From Auanema rhodensis (lineage: Eukaryota > Animalia > Nematoda), in assembly GCA_964057225.1 (NCBI GenBank), contig OZ059894.1, positions 22,444,001-22,508,000 of the forward strand: a stretch of DNA of 64,000 nt. The letters run 5' to 3'. The position numbers and the translations under genes are program-made. This document shows positions 12,701 through 27,900 of this stretch, in pieces (position 1 is the first letter of the stretch; each line of letters starts with the position of its first letter). The notes beneath the pieces were generated by a model. That model saw only the letters and a list, made by a program, of their open reading frames with translations. It was not told the DNA's origin and did no database searches.

Positions 12701-12982
12701 ACCGAGATATCAACTGATATAAGTTCACACTTATATCCTCGATTTTCACCCTGAAGGAATGATTTTTTTGTTGAATAACATTGTCCATCGTCTTTGCCTT
12801 GAAAAAAGGAATCTAAAAACATCTACTTTTTGCTAAATTATTTTGAAATTTTTCGAAAAAATTTTTGTCAAAATGTTTTTGGAAGCAATGTTGAGTGTAC
12901 ATGGAAACTCAACATACACTAATGCATCATTTTTCAAACGATCATAACTAATTTTTGTATTAAGCGTTTCTCAATGTAGTAT
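703..12982. repeat. Domain A: ~7-monomer (2456-bp) higher-order repeat with one 9-mer and one 5-mer variant unit
   Basis: The marker monomer (m60G, m269T, m288T, m308G) starts at 703, 3159, 6317, 8071 and 10527. The m23C/m61A/m231C monomer gives the 79-aa ORFs spaced 2456, 3157, 1755 and 2456 bp. Confidence 0.9.
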
Positions 12983-15900
12983 AGTGCATTCGATGCGGAT
13001 TTTTAAGCTGCGTCGATCTGTGTTATCAGATTTGCGCTAGCTTAAAAATGCACCGAGATATCAACTGATATAAGTTCACACTTATATCCTCGATTTTCAC
13101 CCTGAAGAATTAATTTTTTCGTTGAATAACATTGTCCATCGTCTTTGCCTTGAATAAAGGAATCTAAAAACATCTACTTTTTGCTAAATTATTTTTGAAA
13201 TTTTTCGAAAAAATTTTTGTCAAAATGTTTTTGGAAGCAATGTTGAGTGTACATGGAAACTCAACATACACTAATGCATCATTTTTCAAACGATCATAAC
13301 TAATTTTTGTGTTAAGCGTTTCTCAATGTAGTATAGTGCATTCGATGCGGATTTTTAAGCTGCGTCGATCTGTGTTATCAGATTTGCGCTAGCTTAAAAA
13401 TGCACCGAGATATCAACTGATATAAGTTCACACTTATATCCTCGATTTTCACCCTGAAGGAATAATTTTTTCGTTGAATAACATTGTCCATCGTCTTTGC
13501 CTTGAAAAAAGGAATCTAAAAACATCTACTTTTTGCTAAATTATTTTGAAATTTTTCGAAAAAATTTTTGTCAAAATGTTTTTGGAAGCATTGTTGAGTG
13601 TACATGGAAACTCAACATACACTAATGCATCATTTTTCAAACGATCATAACTAATTTTTGTATTAAGCGTTTCTCAATGTAGTATAGTGCATTCGATGCG
13701 GATTTTTAAGCTGCGTCGATCTCTGTTATCAGATTTGCGCTAGCTTAAAAATGCACCGAGATATCAACTGATATAAGTTCACACTTATATCCTCGATTTT
13801 CACCCTGAAGGAATAATTTTTTCGTTGAATAACATTGTCCATCGTCTTTGCCTTGAAAAAAGGAATCTAAAAACATCTACTTTTTGCTAAATTATTTTGA
13901 AATTTTTCGAAAAAATTTTTGTCAAAATGTTTTTGGAAGCAATGTTGAGTGTACATGGAAACTCAACATACACTAATGCATCATTTTTCAAACGATCATA
14001 ACTAACTTTTGTATTAAGCGTTTCTCAATGTAGTATAGTGCATTCGATGCGGATTTTTAAGCTGCGTCGATCTGTGTTATCAGATTTGCGCTAGCTTAAA
14101 AATGCACCGAGATATCAACTGATATAAGTTCACACTTATATCCTCGATTTTCACCCTGAAGAATTAATTTTTTCGTTGAATAACATTGTCCATCGTCTTT
14201 GCCTTGAAAAATGAAATCTAAAAACATCTACTTTTTGCTAAATTATTTTGAAATTTTTCGAAAAAATTTTTGTCAAAATGTTTTTGGAAGCATTGTTGAG
14301 TGTACATGGAAACTCAACATACACTAATGCATCATTTTTCAAACGATCATTACTAATTTTTGTATCAAGCGTTTCTCAATGTAGTTTAGTGCATTCGATG
14401 CGGATTTTTAAGCTGCGTCGATCTGTGTTATCAGATTTGCGCTAGCTTAAAAATGCACCGAGATATCAACTGATATAAGTTCACACTTATATCCTCGATT
14501 TTCACCCTGAAGGAATAATTTTTTCGTTGAATAACATTGTCCATCGTCTTTGCCTTGAAAAAAGGAATCTAAAAACATCTACTTTTTGCTAAATTATTTT
14601 GAAATTTTTCGAAAAAATTTTTGTCAAAATGTTTTTGGAAGCATTGTTGAGTGTACATGGAAACTCAACATACACTAATGCATCATTTTTCAAACGATCA
14701 TTACTAATTTTTGTATTAAGCGTTTCTCAATGTAGTTTAGTGCATTCGATGCGGATTTTTAAGCTGCGTCGATCTGTGTTATCAGATTTGCGCTAGCTTA
14801 AAAATGCACCGAGATATCAACTGATATAAGTTCACACTTATATCCTCGATTTTCACCCTGAAGGAATGATTTTTTTGTTGAATAACATTGTCCATCGTCT
14901 TTGCCTTGAAAAAAGGAATCTAAAAACATCTACTTTTTGCTAAATTATTTTGAAATTTTTCGAAAAAATTTTTGTCAAAATGTTTTTGGAAGCAATGTTG
15001 AGTGTACATGGAAACTCAACATACACTAATGCATCATTTTTCAAACGATCATAACTAATTTTTGTATTAAGCGTTTCTCAATGTAGTATAGTGCATTCGA
15101 TGCGGATTTTTAAGCTGCGTCGATCTGTGTTATCAGATTTGCGCTAGCTTAAAAATGCACCGAGATATCAACTGATATAAGTTCACACTTATATCCTCGA
15201 TTTTCACCCTGAAGAATTAATTTTTTCGTTGAATAACATTGTCCATCGTCTTTGCCTTGAAAAATGAAATCTAAAAACATCTACTTTTTGCTAAATTATT
15301 TTGAAATTTTTCGAAAAAATTTTTGTCAAAATGTTTTTGGAAGCATTGTTGAGTGTACATGGAAACTCAACATACACTAATGCATCATTTTTCAAACGAT
15401 CATAACTAATTTTTGTATCAAGCGTTTCTCAATGTAGTTTAGTGCATTCGATGCGGATTTTTAAGCTGCGTCGATCTGTGTTATCAGATTTGCGCTAGCT
15501 TAAAAATGCACCGAGATATCAACTGATATAAGTTCACACTTATATCCTCGATTTTCACCCTGAAGAATTAATTTTTTCGTTGAATAACATTGTCCATCGT
15601 CTTTGCCTTGAAAAATGGAATCTAAAAACATCTACTTTTTGCTAAATTATTTTGAAATTTTTCGAAAAAATTTTTGTCAAAATGTTTTTGGAAGCATTGT
15701 TGAGTGTACATGGAAACTCAACATACACTAATGCATCATTTTTCAAACGATCATAACTAATTTTTGTATTAAGCGTTTCTCAATGTAGTATAGTGCATTC
15801 GATGCGGATTTTTAAGCTGCGTCGATCTCTGTTATCAGATTTGCGCTAGCTTAAAAATGCACCGAGATATCAACTGATATAAGTTCACACTTATATCCTC

Positions 15901-18900
15901 GATTTTCACCCTGAAGGAATAATTTTTTCGTTGAATAACATTGTCCATCGTCTTTGCCTTGAAAAAAGGAATCTAAAAACATCTACTTTTTGCTAAATTA
16001 TCTTGAAATTTTTCGAAAAAATTTTTGTCAAAATGTTTTTGGAAGCAATGTTGAGTGTACATGGAAACTCAACATACACTAATGCATCATTTTTCAAACG
16101 ATCATAACTAACTTTTGTATTAAGCGTTTCTCAATGTAGTATAGTGCATTCGATGCGGATTTTTAAGCTGCGTCGATCTGTGTTATCAGATTTGCGCTAG
16201 CTTAAAAATGCACCGAGATATCAACTGATATAAGTTCACACTTATATCCTCGATTTTCACCCTGAAGAATTAATTTTTTCGTTGAATAACATTGTCCATC
16301 GTCTTTGCCTTGAAAAATGAAATCTAAAAACATCTACTTTTTGCTAAATTATTTTGAAATTTTTCGAAAAAATTTTTGTCAAAATGTTTTTGGAAGCATT
16401 GTTGAGTGTACATGGAAACTCAACATACACTAATGCATCATTTTTCAAACGATCATTACTAATTTTTGTATCAAGCGTTTCTCAATGTAGTTTAGTGCAT
16501 TCGATGCGGATTTTTAAGCTGCGTCGATCTGTGTTATCAGATTTGCGCTAGCTTAAAAATGCACCGAGATATCAACTGATATAAGTTCACACTTATATCC
16601 TCGATTTTCACCCTGAAGGAATAATTTTTTCGTTGAATAACATTGTCCATCGTCTTTGCCTTGAAAAAAGGAATCTAAAAACATCTACTTTTTGCTAAAT
16701 TATTTTGAAATTTTTCGAAAAAATTTTTGTCAAAATGTTTTTGGAAGCATTGTTGAGTGTACATGGAAACTCAACATACACTAATGCATCATTTTTCAAA
16801 CGATCATTACTAATTTTTGTATTAAGCGTTTCTCAATGTAGTTTATTGCATTCGATGCGGATTTTTAAGCTGCGTCGATCTGTGTTATCAGATTTGCGCT
16901 AGCTTAAAAATGCACCGAGATATCAACTGATATAAGTTCACACTTATATCCTCGATTTTCACCCTGAAGAATTAATTTTTTCGTTGAATAACATTGTCCA
17001 TCGTCTTTGCCTTGAAAAATGAAATCTAAAAACATCTACTTTTTGCTAAATTATTTTGAAATTTTTCGAAAAAATTTTTGTCAAAATGTTTTTGGAAGCA
17101 TTGTTGAGTGTACATGGAAACTCAACATACACTAATGCATCATTTTTCAAACGATCATAACTAATTTTTGTATCAAGCGTTTCTCAATGTAGTTTAGTGC
17201 ATTCGATGCGGATTTTTAAGCTGCGTCGATCTGTGTTATCAGATTTGCGCTAGCTTAAAAATGCACCGAGATATCAACTGATATAAGTTCACACTTATAT
17301 CCTCGATTTTCACCCTGAAGAATTAATTTTTTCGTTGAATAACATTGTCCATCGTCTTTGCCTTGAAAAAAGGAATCTAAAAACATCTACTTTTTGCTAA
17401 ATTATTTTGAAATTTTTCGAAAAAATTTTTGTCAAAATGTTTTTGGAAGCAATGTTGAGTGTACATGGAAACTCAACATACACTAATGCATCATTTTTCA
17501 AACGATCATAACTAATTTTTGTATTAAGCGTTTCTCAATGTAGTATAGTGCATTCGATGCGGATTTTTAAGCTGCGTCGATCTGTGTTATCAGATTTGCG
17601 CTAGCTTAAAAATGCACCGAGATATCAACTGATATAAGTTCACACTTATATCCTCGATTTTCACCCTGAAGAATTAATTTTTTCGTTGAATAACATTGTC
17701 CATCGTCTTTGCCTTGAAAAATGAAATCTAAAAACATCTACTTTTTGCTAAATTATTTTGAAATTTTTGAAAAAATTTTTGTCAAAATGTTTTTGGAAGC
17801 ATTGTTGAGTGTACATGGAAACTCAACATACACTAATGCATCATTTTTCAAACGATCATAACTAATTTTTGTATCAAGCGTTTCTCAATGTAGTTTAGTG
17901 CATTCGATGCGGATTTTTAAGCTGCGTCGATCTGTGTTATCAGATTTGCGCTAGCTTAAAAATGCACCGAGATATCAACTGATATAAGTTCACACTTATA
18001 TCCTCGATTTTCACCCTGAAGGAATAGTTTTTTCGTTGAATAACATTGTCCATCGTCTTTGCCTTGAAAAAAGGAATCTAAAAACATCTACTTTTTGCTA
18101 AATTATTTTGAAATTTTTCGAAAAAATTTTTGTCAAAATGTTTTTGGAAGCAATGTTGAGTGTACATGGAAACTCAACATACACTAATGCATCATTTTTC
18201 AAACGATCATAACTAATTTTTGTATTAAGCGTTTCTCAATGTAGTATAGTGCATTCGATGCGGATTTTTAAGCTGCGTCGATCTGTGTTATCAGATTTGC
18301 GCTAGCTTAAAAATGCACCGAGATATCAACTGATATAAGTTCACACTTATATCCTCGATTTTCACCCTGAAGAATTAATTTTTTCGTTGAATAACATTGT
18401 CCATCGTCTTTGCCTTGAAAAATGAAATCTAAAAACATCTACTTTTTGCTAAATTATTTTGAAATTTTTGAAAAAATTTTTGTCAAAATGTTTTTGGAAG
18501 CATTGTTGAGTGTACATGGAAACTCAACATACACTAATGCATCATTTTTCAAACGATCATAACTAATTTTTGTATCAAGCGTTTCTCAATGTAGTTTAGT
18601 GCATTCGATGCGGATTTTTAAGCTGCGTCGATCTGTGTTATCAGATTTGCGCTAGCTTAAAAATGCACCGAGATATCAACTGATATAAGTTCACACTTAT
18701 ATCCTCGATTTTCACCCTGAAGGAATAATTTTTTCGTTGAATAACATTGTCCATCGTCTTTGCCTTGAAAAAAGGAATCTAAAAACATCTACTTTTTGCT
18801 AAATTATTTTGAAATTTTTCGAAAAAATTTTTGTCAAAATGTTTTTGGAAGCAATGTTGAGTGTACATGGAAACTCAACATACACTAATGCATCATTTTT

Positions 18901-21900
18901 CAAACGATCATAACTAATTTTTGTATTAAGCGTTTCTCAATGTAGTATAGTGCATTCGATGCGGATTTTTAAGCTGCGTCGATCTGTGTTATCAGATTTG
19001 CGCTAGCTTAAAAATGCACCGAGATATCAACTGATATAAGTTCACACTTATATCCTCGATTTTCACCCTGAAGAATTAATTTTTTCGTTGAATAACATTG
19101 TCCATCGTCTTTGCCTTGAAAAATGAAATCTAAAAACATCTACTTTTTGCTAAATTATTTTGAAATTTTTCGAAAAAATTTTTGTCAAAATGTTTTTGGA
19201 AGCATTGTTGAGTGTACATGGAAACTCAACATACACTAATGCATCATTTTTCAAACGATCATAACTAATTTTTGTATCAAGCGTTTCTCAATGTAGTTTA
19301 GTGCATTCGATGCGGATTTTTAAGCTGCGTCGATCTGTGTTATCAGATTTGCGCTAGCTTAAAAATGCACCGAGATATCAACTGATATAAGTTCACACTT
19401 ATATCCTCGATTTTCACCCTGAAGAATTAATTTTTTCGTTGAATAACATTGTCCATCGTCTTTGCCTTGAATAAAGGAATCTAAAAACATCTACTTTTTG
19501 CTAAATTATTTTGAAATTTTTCGAAAAAATTTTTGTCAAAATGTTTTTGGAAGCAATGTTGAGTGTACATGGAAACTCAACATACACTAATGCATCATTT
19601 TTCAAACGATCATAACTAATTTTTGTATTAAGCGTTTTTCAATGTAGTATAGTGCATTCGATGCGGATTTTTAAGCTGCGTCGATCTGTGTTATCAGATT
19701 TGCGCTAGCTTAAAAATGCACCGAGATATCAACTGATATAAGTTCACACTTATATCCTCGATTTTCACCATGAAGGAATAATTTTTTCGTTGAATAACAT
19801 TGTCCATCGTCTTTGCCTTGAAAAAAGGAATCTAAAAACATCTACTTTTTGCTAAATTATTTTGAAATTTTTCGAAAAAATTTTTGTCAAAATGTTTTTG
19901 GAAGCAATGTTGAGTGTACATGGAAACTCAACATACACTAATGCATCATTTTTCAAACGATCATAACTAATTTTTGTATTAAGCGTTTCTCAATGTAGTA
20001 TAGTGCATTCGATGCGGATTTTTAAGCTGCGTCGATCTGTGTTATCAGATTTGCGCTAGCTTAAAAATGCACCGAGATATCAACTGATATAAGTTCACAC
20101 TTATATCCTCGATTTTCACCCTGAAGAATTAATTTTTTCGTTGAATAACATTGTCCATCGTCTTTGCCTTGAAAAATGAAATCTAAAAACATCTACTTTT
20201 TGCTAAATTATTTTGAAATTTTTCGAAAAAATTTTTGTCAAAATGTTTTTGGAAGCATTGTTGAGTGTACATGGAAACTCAACATACACTAATGCATCAT
20301 TTTTCAAACGATCATAACTAATTTTTGTATCAAGCGTTTCTCAATGTAGTTTAGTGCATTCGATGCGGATTTTTAAGCTGCGTCGATCTGTGTTATCAGA
20401 TTTGCGCTAGCTTAAAAATGCACCGAGATATCAACTGATATAAGTTCACACTTATATCCTCGATTTTCACCCTGAAGAATTAATTTTTTCGTTGAATAAC
20501 ATTGTCCATCGTCTTTGCCTTGAATAAAGGAATCTAAAAACATCTACTTTTTGCTAAATTATTTTGAAATTTTTCGAAAAAATTTTTGTCAAAATGTTTT
20601 TGGAAGCAATGTTGAGTGTACATGGAAACTCAACATACACTAATGCATCATTTTTCAAACGATCATAACTAATTTTTGTATTAAGCGTTTCTCAATGTAG
20701 TATAGTGCATTCGATGCGGATTTTTAAGCTGCGTCGATCTGTGTTATCAGATTTGCGCTAGCTTAAAAATGCACCGAGATATCAACTGATATAAGTTCAC
20801 ACTTATATCCTCGATTTTCACCCTGAAGAATTAATTTTTTCGTTGAATAACATTGTCCATCGTCTTTGCCTTGAAAAATGAAATCTAAAAACATCTACTT
20901 TTTGCTAAATTATTTTGAAATTTTTCGAAAAAATTTTTGTCAAAATGTTTTTGGAAGCATTGTTGAGTGTACATGGAAACTCAACATACACTAATGCATC
21001 ATTTTTCAAACGATCATAACTAATTTTTGTATCAAGCGTTTCTCAATGTAGTTTAGTGCATTCGATGCGGATTTTTAAGCTGCGTCGATCTGTGTTATCA
21101 GATTTGCGCTAGCTTAAAAATGCACCGAGATATCAACTGATATAAGTTCACACTTATATCCTCGATTTTCACCCTGAAGAATTAATTTTTTCGTTGAATA
21201 ACATTGTCCATCGTCTTTGCCTTGAATAAAGGAATCTAAAAACATCTACTTTTTGCTAAATTATTTTGAAATTTTTCGAAAAAATTTTTGTCAAAATGTT
21301 TTTGGAAGCAATGTTGAGTGTACATGGAAACTCAACATACACTAATGCATCATTTTTCAAACGATCATAACTAATTTTTGTGTTAAGCGTTTCTCAATGT
21401 AGTATAGTGCATTCGATGCGGATTTTTAAGCTGCGTCGATCTGTGTTATCAGATTTGCGCTAGCTTAAAAATGCACCGAGATATCAACTGATATAAGTTC
21501 ACACTTATATCCTCGATTTTCACCCTGAAGGAATAATTTTTTCGTTGAATAACATTGTCCATCGTCTTTGCCTTGAAAAAAGGAATCTAAAAACATCTAC
21601 TTTTTGCTAAATTATTTTGAAATTTTTCGAAAAAATTTTTGTCAAAATGTTTTTGGAAGCAATGTTGAGTGTACATGGAAACTCAACATACACTAATGCA
21701 TCATTTTTCAAACGATCATAACTAATTTTTGTATTAAGCGTTTCTCAATGTAGTATAGTGCATTCGATGCGGATTTTTAAGCTGCGTCGATCTGTGTTAT
21801 CAGATTTGCGCTAGCTTAAAAATGCACCGAGATATCAACTGATATAAGTTCACACTTATATCCTCGATTTTCACCCTGAAGAATTAATTTTTTCGTTGAA

Positions 21901-24900
21901 TAACATTGTCCATCGTCTTTGCCTTGAAAAATGAAATCTAAAAACATCTACTTTTTGCTAAATTATTTTGAAATTTTTCGAAAAAATTTTTGTCAAAATG
22001 TTTTTGGAAGCATTGTTGAGTGTACATGGAAACTCAACATACACTAATGCATCATTTTTCAAACGATCATTACTAATTTTTGTATTAAGCGTTTCTCAAT
22101 GTAGTTTAGTGCATTCGATGCGGATTTTTAAGCTGCGTCGATCTGTGTTATCAGATTTGCGCTAGCTTAAAAATGCACCGAGATATCAACTGATATAAGT
22201 TCACACTTATATCCTCGATTTTCACCCTGAAGGAATAATTTTTTCGTTGAATAACATTGTCCATCGTCTTTGCCTTGAAAAAAGGAATCTAAAAACATCT
22301 ACTTTTTGCTAAATTATTTTGAAATTTTTCGAAAAAATTTTTGTCAAAATGTTTTTGGAAGCAATGTTGAGTGTACATGGAAACTCAACATACACTAATG
22401 CATCATTTTTCAAACGATCATAACTAATTTTTGTATTAAGCGTTTCTCAATGTAGTATAGTGCATTCGATGCGGATTTTTAAGCTGCGTCGATCTGTGTT
22501 ATCAGATTTGCGCTAGCTTAAAAATGCACCGAGATATCAACTGATATAAGTTCACACTTATATCCTCGATTTTCACCCTGAAGAATTAATTTTTTCGTTG
22601 AATAACATTGTCCATCGTCTTTGCCTTGAAAAATGAAATCTAAAAACATCTACTTTTTGCTAAATTATTTTGAAATTTTTCGAAAAAATTTTTGTCAAAA
22701 TGTTTTTGGAAGCATTGTTGAGTGTACATGGAAACTCAACATACACTAATGCATCATTTTTCAAACGATCATTACTAATTTTTGTATTAAGCGTTTCTCA
22801 ATGTAGTTTAGTGCATTCGATGCGGATTTTTAAGCTGCGTCGATCTGTGTTATCAGATTTGCGCTAGCTTAAAAATGCACCGAGATATCAACTGATATAA
22901 GTTCACACTTATATCCTCGATTTTCACCCTGAAGGAATAATTTTTTCGTTGAATAACATTGTCCATCGTCTTTGCCTTGAAAAAAGGAATCTAAAAACAT
23001 CTACTTTTTGCTAAATTATTTTGAAATTTTTCGAAAAAATTTTTGTCAAAATGTTTTTGGAAGCAATGTTGAGTGTACATGGAAACTCAACATACACTAA
23101 TGCATCATTTTTCAAACGATCATAACTAATTTTTGTATTAAGCGTTTCTCAATGTAGTATAGTGCATTCGATGCGGATTTTTAAGCTGCGTCGATCTGTG
23201 TTATCAGATTTGCGCTAGCTTAAAAATGCACCGAGATATCAACTGATATAAGTTCACACTTATATCCTCGATTTTCACCCTGAAGAATTAATTTTTTCGT
23301 TGAATAACATTGTCCATCGTCTTTGCCTTGAAAAATGAAATCTAAAAACATCTACTTTTTGCTAAATTATTTTGAAATTTTTCGAAAAAATTTTTGTCAA
23401 AATGTTTTTGGAAGCATTGTTGAGTGTACATGGAAACTCAACATACACTAATGCATCATTTTTCAAACGATCATAACTAATTTTTGTATCAAGCGTTTCT
23501 CAATGTAGTTTAGTGCATTCGATGCGGATTTTTAAGCTGCGTCGATCTGTGTTATCAGATTTGCGCTAGCTTAAAAATGCACCGAGATATCAACTGATAT
23601 AAGTTCACACTTATATCCTCGATTTTCACCCTGAAGAATTAATTTTTTCGTTGAATAACATTGTCCATCGTCTTTGCCTTGAAAAAAGGAATCTAAAAAC
23701 ATCTACTTTTTGCTAAATTATTTTGAAATTTTTCGAAAAAATTTTTGTCAAAATGTTTTTGGAAGCAATGTTGAGTGTACATGGAAACTCAACATACACT
23801 AATGCATCATTTTTCAAACGATCATAACTAATTTTTGTATTAAGCGTTTTTCAATGTAGTATAGTGCATTCGATGCGGATTTTTAAGCTGCGTCGATCTG
23901 TGTTATCAGATTTGCGCTAGCTTAAAAATGCACCGAGATATCAACTGATATAAGTTCACACTTATATCCTCGATTTTCACCCTGAAGAATTAATTTTTTC
24001 GTTGAATAACATTGTCCATCGTCTTTGCCTTGAAAAATGAAATCTAAAAACATCTACTTTTTGCTAAATTATTTTGAAATTTTTCGAAAAAATTTTTGTC
24101 AAAATGTTTTTGGAAGCATTGTTGAGTGTACATGGAAACTCAACATACACTAATGCATCATTTTTCAAACGATCATAACTAATTTTTGTATCAAGCGTTT
24201 CTCAATGTAGTTTAGTGCATTCGATGCGGATTTTTAAGCTGCGTCGATCTGTGTTATCAGATTTGCGCTAGCTTAAAAATGCACCGAGATATCAACTGAT
24301 ATAAGTTCACACTTATATCCTCGATTTTCACCCTGAAGGAATAATTTTTTCGTTGAATAACATTGTCCATCGTCTTTGCCTTGAAAAAAGGAATCTAAAA
24401 ACATCTACTTTTTGCTAAATTATTTTGAAATTTTTCGAAAAAATTTTTGTCAAAATGTTTTTGGAAGCAATGTTGAGTGTACATGGAAACTCAACATACA
24501 CTAATGCATCATTTTTCAAACGATCATAACTAATTTTTGTATTAAGCGTTTCTCAATGTAGTATAGTGCATTCGATGCGGATTTTTAAGCTGCGTCGATC
24601 TGTGTTATCAGATTTGCGCTAGCTTAAAAATGCACCGAGATATCAACTGATATAAGTTCACACTTATATCCTCGATTTTCACCCTGAAGAATTAATTTTT
24701 TCGTTGAATAACATTGTCCATCGTCTTTGCCTTGAAAAATGAAATCTAAAAACATCTACTTTTTGCTAAATTATTTTGAAATTTTTCGAAAAAATTTTTG
24801 TCAAAATGTTTTTGGAAGCATTGTTGAGTGTACATGGAAACTCAACATACACTAATGCATCATTTTTCAAACGATCATAACTAATTTTTGTATCAAGCGT

Positions 24901-27900
24901 TTCTCAATGTAGTTTAGTGCATTCGATGCGGATTTTTAAGCTGCGTCGATCTGTGTTATCAGATTTGCGCTAGCTTAAAAATGCACCGAGATATCAACTG
25001 ATATAAGTTCACACTTATATCCTCGATTTTCACCCTGAAGGAATAATTTTTTCGTTGAATAACATTGTCCATCGTCTTTGCCTTGAAAAAAGGAATCTAA
25101 AAACATCTACTTTTTGCTAAATTATTTTGAAATTTTTCGAAAAAATTTTTGTCAAAATGTTTTTGGAAGCAATGTTGAGTGTACATGGAAACTCAACATA
25201 CACTAATGCATCATTTTTCAAACGATCATAACTAATTTTTGTATTAAGCGTTTCTCAATGTAGTATAGTGCATTCGATGCGGATTTTTAAGCTGCGTCGA
25301 TCTGTGTTATCAGATTTGCGCTAGCTTAAAAATGCACCGAGATATCAACTGATATAAGTTCACACTTATATCCTCGATTTTCACCCTGAAGAATTAATTT
25401 TTTCGTTGAATAACATTGTCCATCGTCTTTGCCTTGAAAAATGAAATCTAAAAACATCTACTTTTTGCTAAATTATTTTGAAATTTTTCGAAAAAATTTT
25501 TGTCAAAATGTTTTTGGAAGCAATGTTGAGTGTACATGGAAACTCAACATACACTAATGCATCATTTTTCAAACGATCATAACTAATTTTTGTATCAAGC
25601 GTTTCTCAATGTAGTTTAGTGCATTCGATGCGGATTTTTAAGCTGCGTCGATCTGTGTTATCAGATTTGCGCTAGCTTAAAAATGCACCGAGATATCAAC
25701 TGATATAAGTTCACACTTATATCCTCGATTTTCACCCTGAAGAATTAATTTTTTCGTTGAATAACATTGTCCATCGTCTTTGCCTTGAAAAAAGGAATCT
25801 AAAAACATCTACTTTTTGCTAAATTATTTTGAAATTTTTCGAAAAAATTTTTGTCAAAATGTTTTTGGAAGCAATGTTGAGTGTACATGGAAACTCAACA
25901 TACACTAATGCATCATTTTTCAAACGATCATAACTAATTTTTGTATTAAGCGTTTCTCAATGTAGTATAGTGCATTCGATGCGGATTTTTAAGCTGCGTC
26001 GATCTGTGTTATCAGATTTGCGCTAGCTTAAAAATGCACCGAGATATCAACTGATATAAGTTCACACTTATATCCTCGATTTTCACCCTGAAGAATTAAT
26101 TTTTTCGTTGAATAACATTGTCCATCGTCTTTGCCTTGAAAAATGAAATCTAAAAACATCTACTTTTTGCTAAATTATTTTGAAATTTTTCGAAAAAATT
26201 TTTGTCAAAATGTTTTTGGAAGCATTGTTGAGTGTACATGGAAACTCAACATACACTAATGCATCATTTTTCAAACGATCATTACTAATTTTTGTATCAA
26301 GCGTTTCTCAATGTAGTTTAGTGCATTCGATGCGGATTTTTAAGCTGCGTCGATCTGTGTTATCAGATTTGCGCTAGCTTAAAAATGCACCGAGATATCA
26401 ACTGATATAAGTTCACACTTATATCCTCGATTTTCACCCTGAAGGAATAATTTTTTCGTTGAATAACATTGTCCATCGTCTTTGCCTTGAAAAAAGGAAT
26501 CTAAAAACATCTACTTTTTGCTAAATTATTTTGAAATTTTTCGAAAAAATTTTTGTCAAAATGTTTTTGGAAGCATTGTTGAGTGTACATGGAAACTCAA
26601 CATACACTAATGCATCATTTTTCAAACGATCATTACTAATTTTTGTATTAAGCGTTTCTCAATGTAGTTTAGTGCATTCGATGCGGATTTTTAAGCTGCG
26701 TCGATCTGTGTTATCAGATTTGCGCTAGCTTAAAAATGCACCGAGATATCAACTGATATAAGTTCACACTTATATCCTCGATTTTCACCCTGAAGGAATA
26801 ATTTTTTCGTTGAATAACATTGTCCATCGTCTTTGCCTTGAAAAAAGGAATCTAAAAACATCTACTTTTTGCTAAATTATTTTGAAATTTTTCGAAAAAA
26901 TTTTTGTCAAAATGTTTTTGGAAGCAATGTTGAGTGTACATGGAAACTCAACATACACTAATGCATCATTTTTCAAACGATCATAACTAATTTTTGTATT
27001 AAGCGTTTCTCAATGTAGTATAGTGCATTCGATGCGGATTTTTAAGCTGCGTCGATCTGTGTTATCAGATTTGCGCTAGCTTAAAAATGCACCGAGATAT
27101 CAACTGATATAAGTTCACACTTATATCCTCGATTTTCACCCTGAAGAATTAATTTTTTCGTTGAATAACATTGTCCATCGTCTTTGCCTTGAAAAATGAA
27201 ATCTAAAAACATCTACTTTTTGCTAAATTATTTTGAAATTTTTCGAAAAAATTTTTGTCAAAATGTTTTTGGAAGCAATGTTGAGTGTACATGGAAACTC
27301 AACATACACTAATGCATCATTTTTCAAACGATCATAACTAATTTTTGTATCAAGCGTTTCTCAATGTAGTTTAGTGCATTCGATGCGGATTTTTAAGCTG
27401 CGTCGATCTGTGTTATCAGATTTGCGCTAGCTTAAAAATGCACCGAGATATCAACTGATATAAGTTCACACTTATATCCTCGATTTTCACCCTGAAGAAT
27501 TAATTTTTTCGTTGAATAACATTGTCCATCGTCTTTGCCTTGAAAAAAGGAATCTAAAAACATCTACTTTTTGCTAAATTATTTTGAAATTTTTCGAAAA
27601 AATTTTTGTCAAAATGTTTTTGGAAGCAATGTTGAGTGTACATGGAAACTCAACATACACTAATGCATCATTTTTCAAACGATCATAACTAATTTTTGTA
27701 TTAAGCGTTTCTCAATGTAGTATAGTGCATTCGATGCGGATTTTTAAGCTGCGTCGATCTGTGTTATCAGATTTGCGCTAGCTTAAAAATGCACCGAGAT
27801 ATCAACTGATATAAGTTCACACTTATATCCTCGATTTTCACCCTGAAGAATTAATTTTTTCGTTGAATAACATTGTCCATCGTCTTTGCCTTGAAAAATG

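Noticed and set aside
14248-14445. 65-aa plus-strand ORF (14 copies)
   Set aside because: It has a TTG start and exists only because m315 A>T converts TAA to TTA. Its F/K/L/S-rich composition reflects the A/T tracts.
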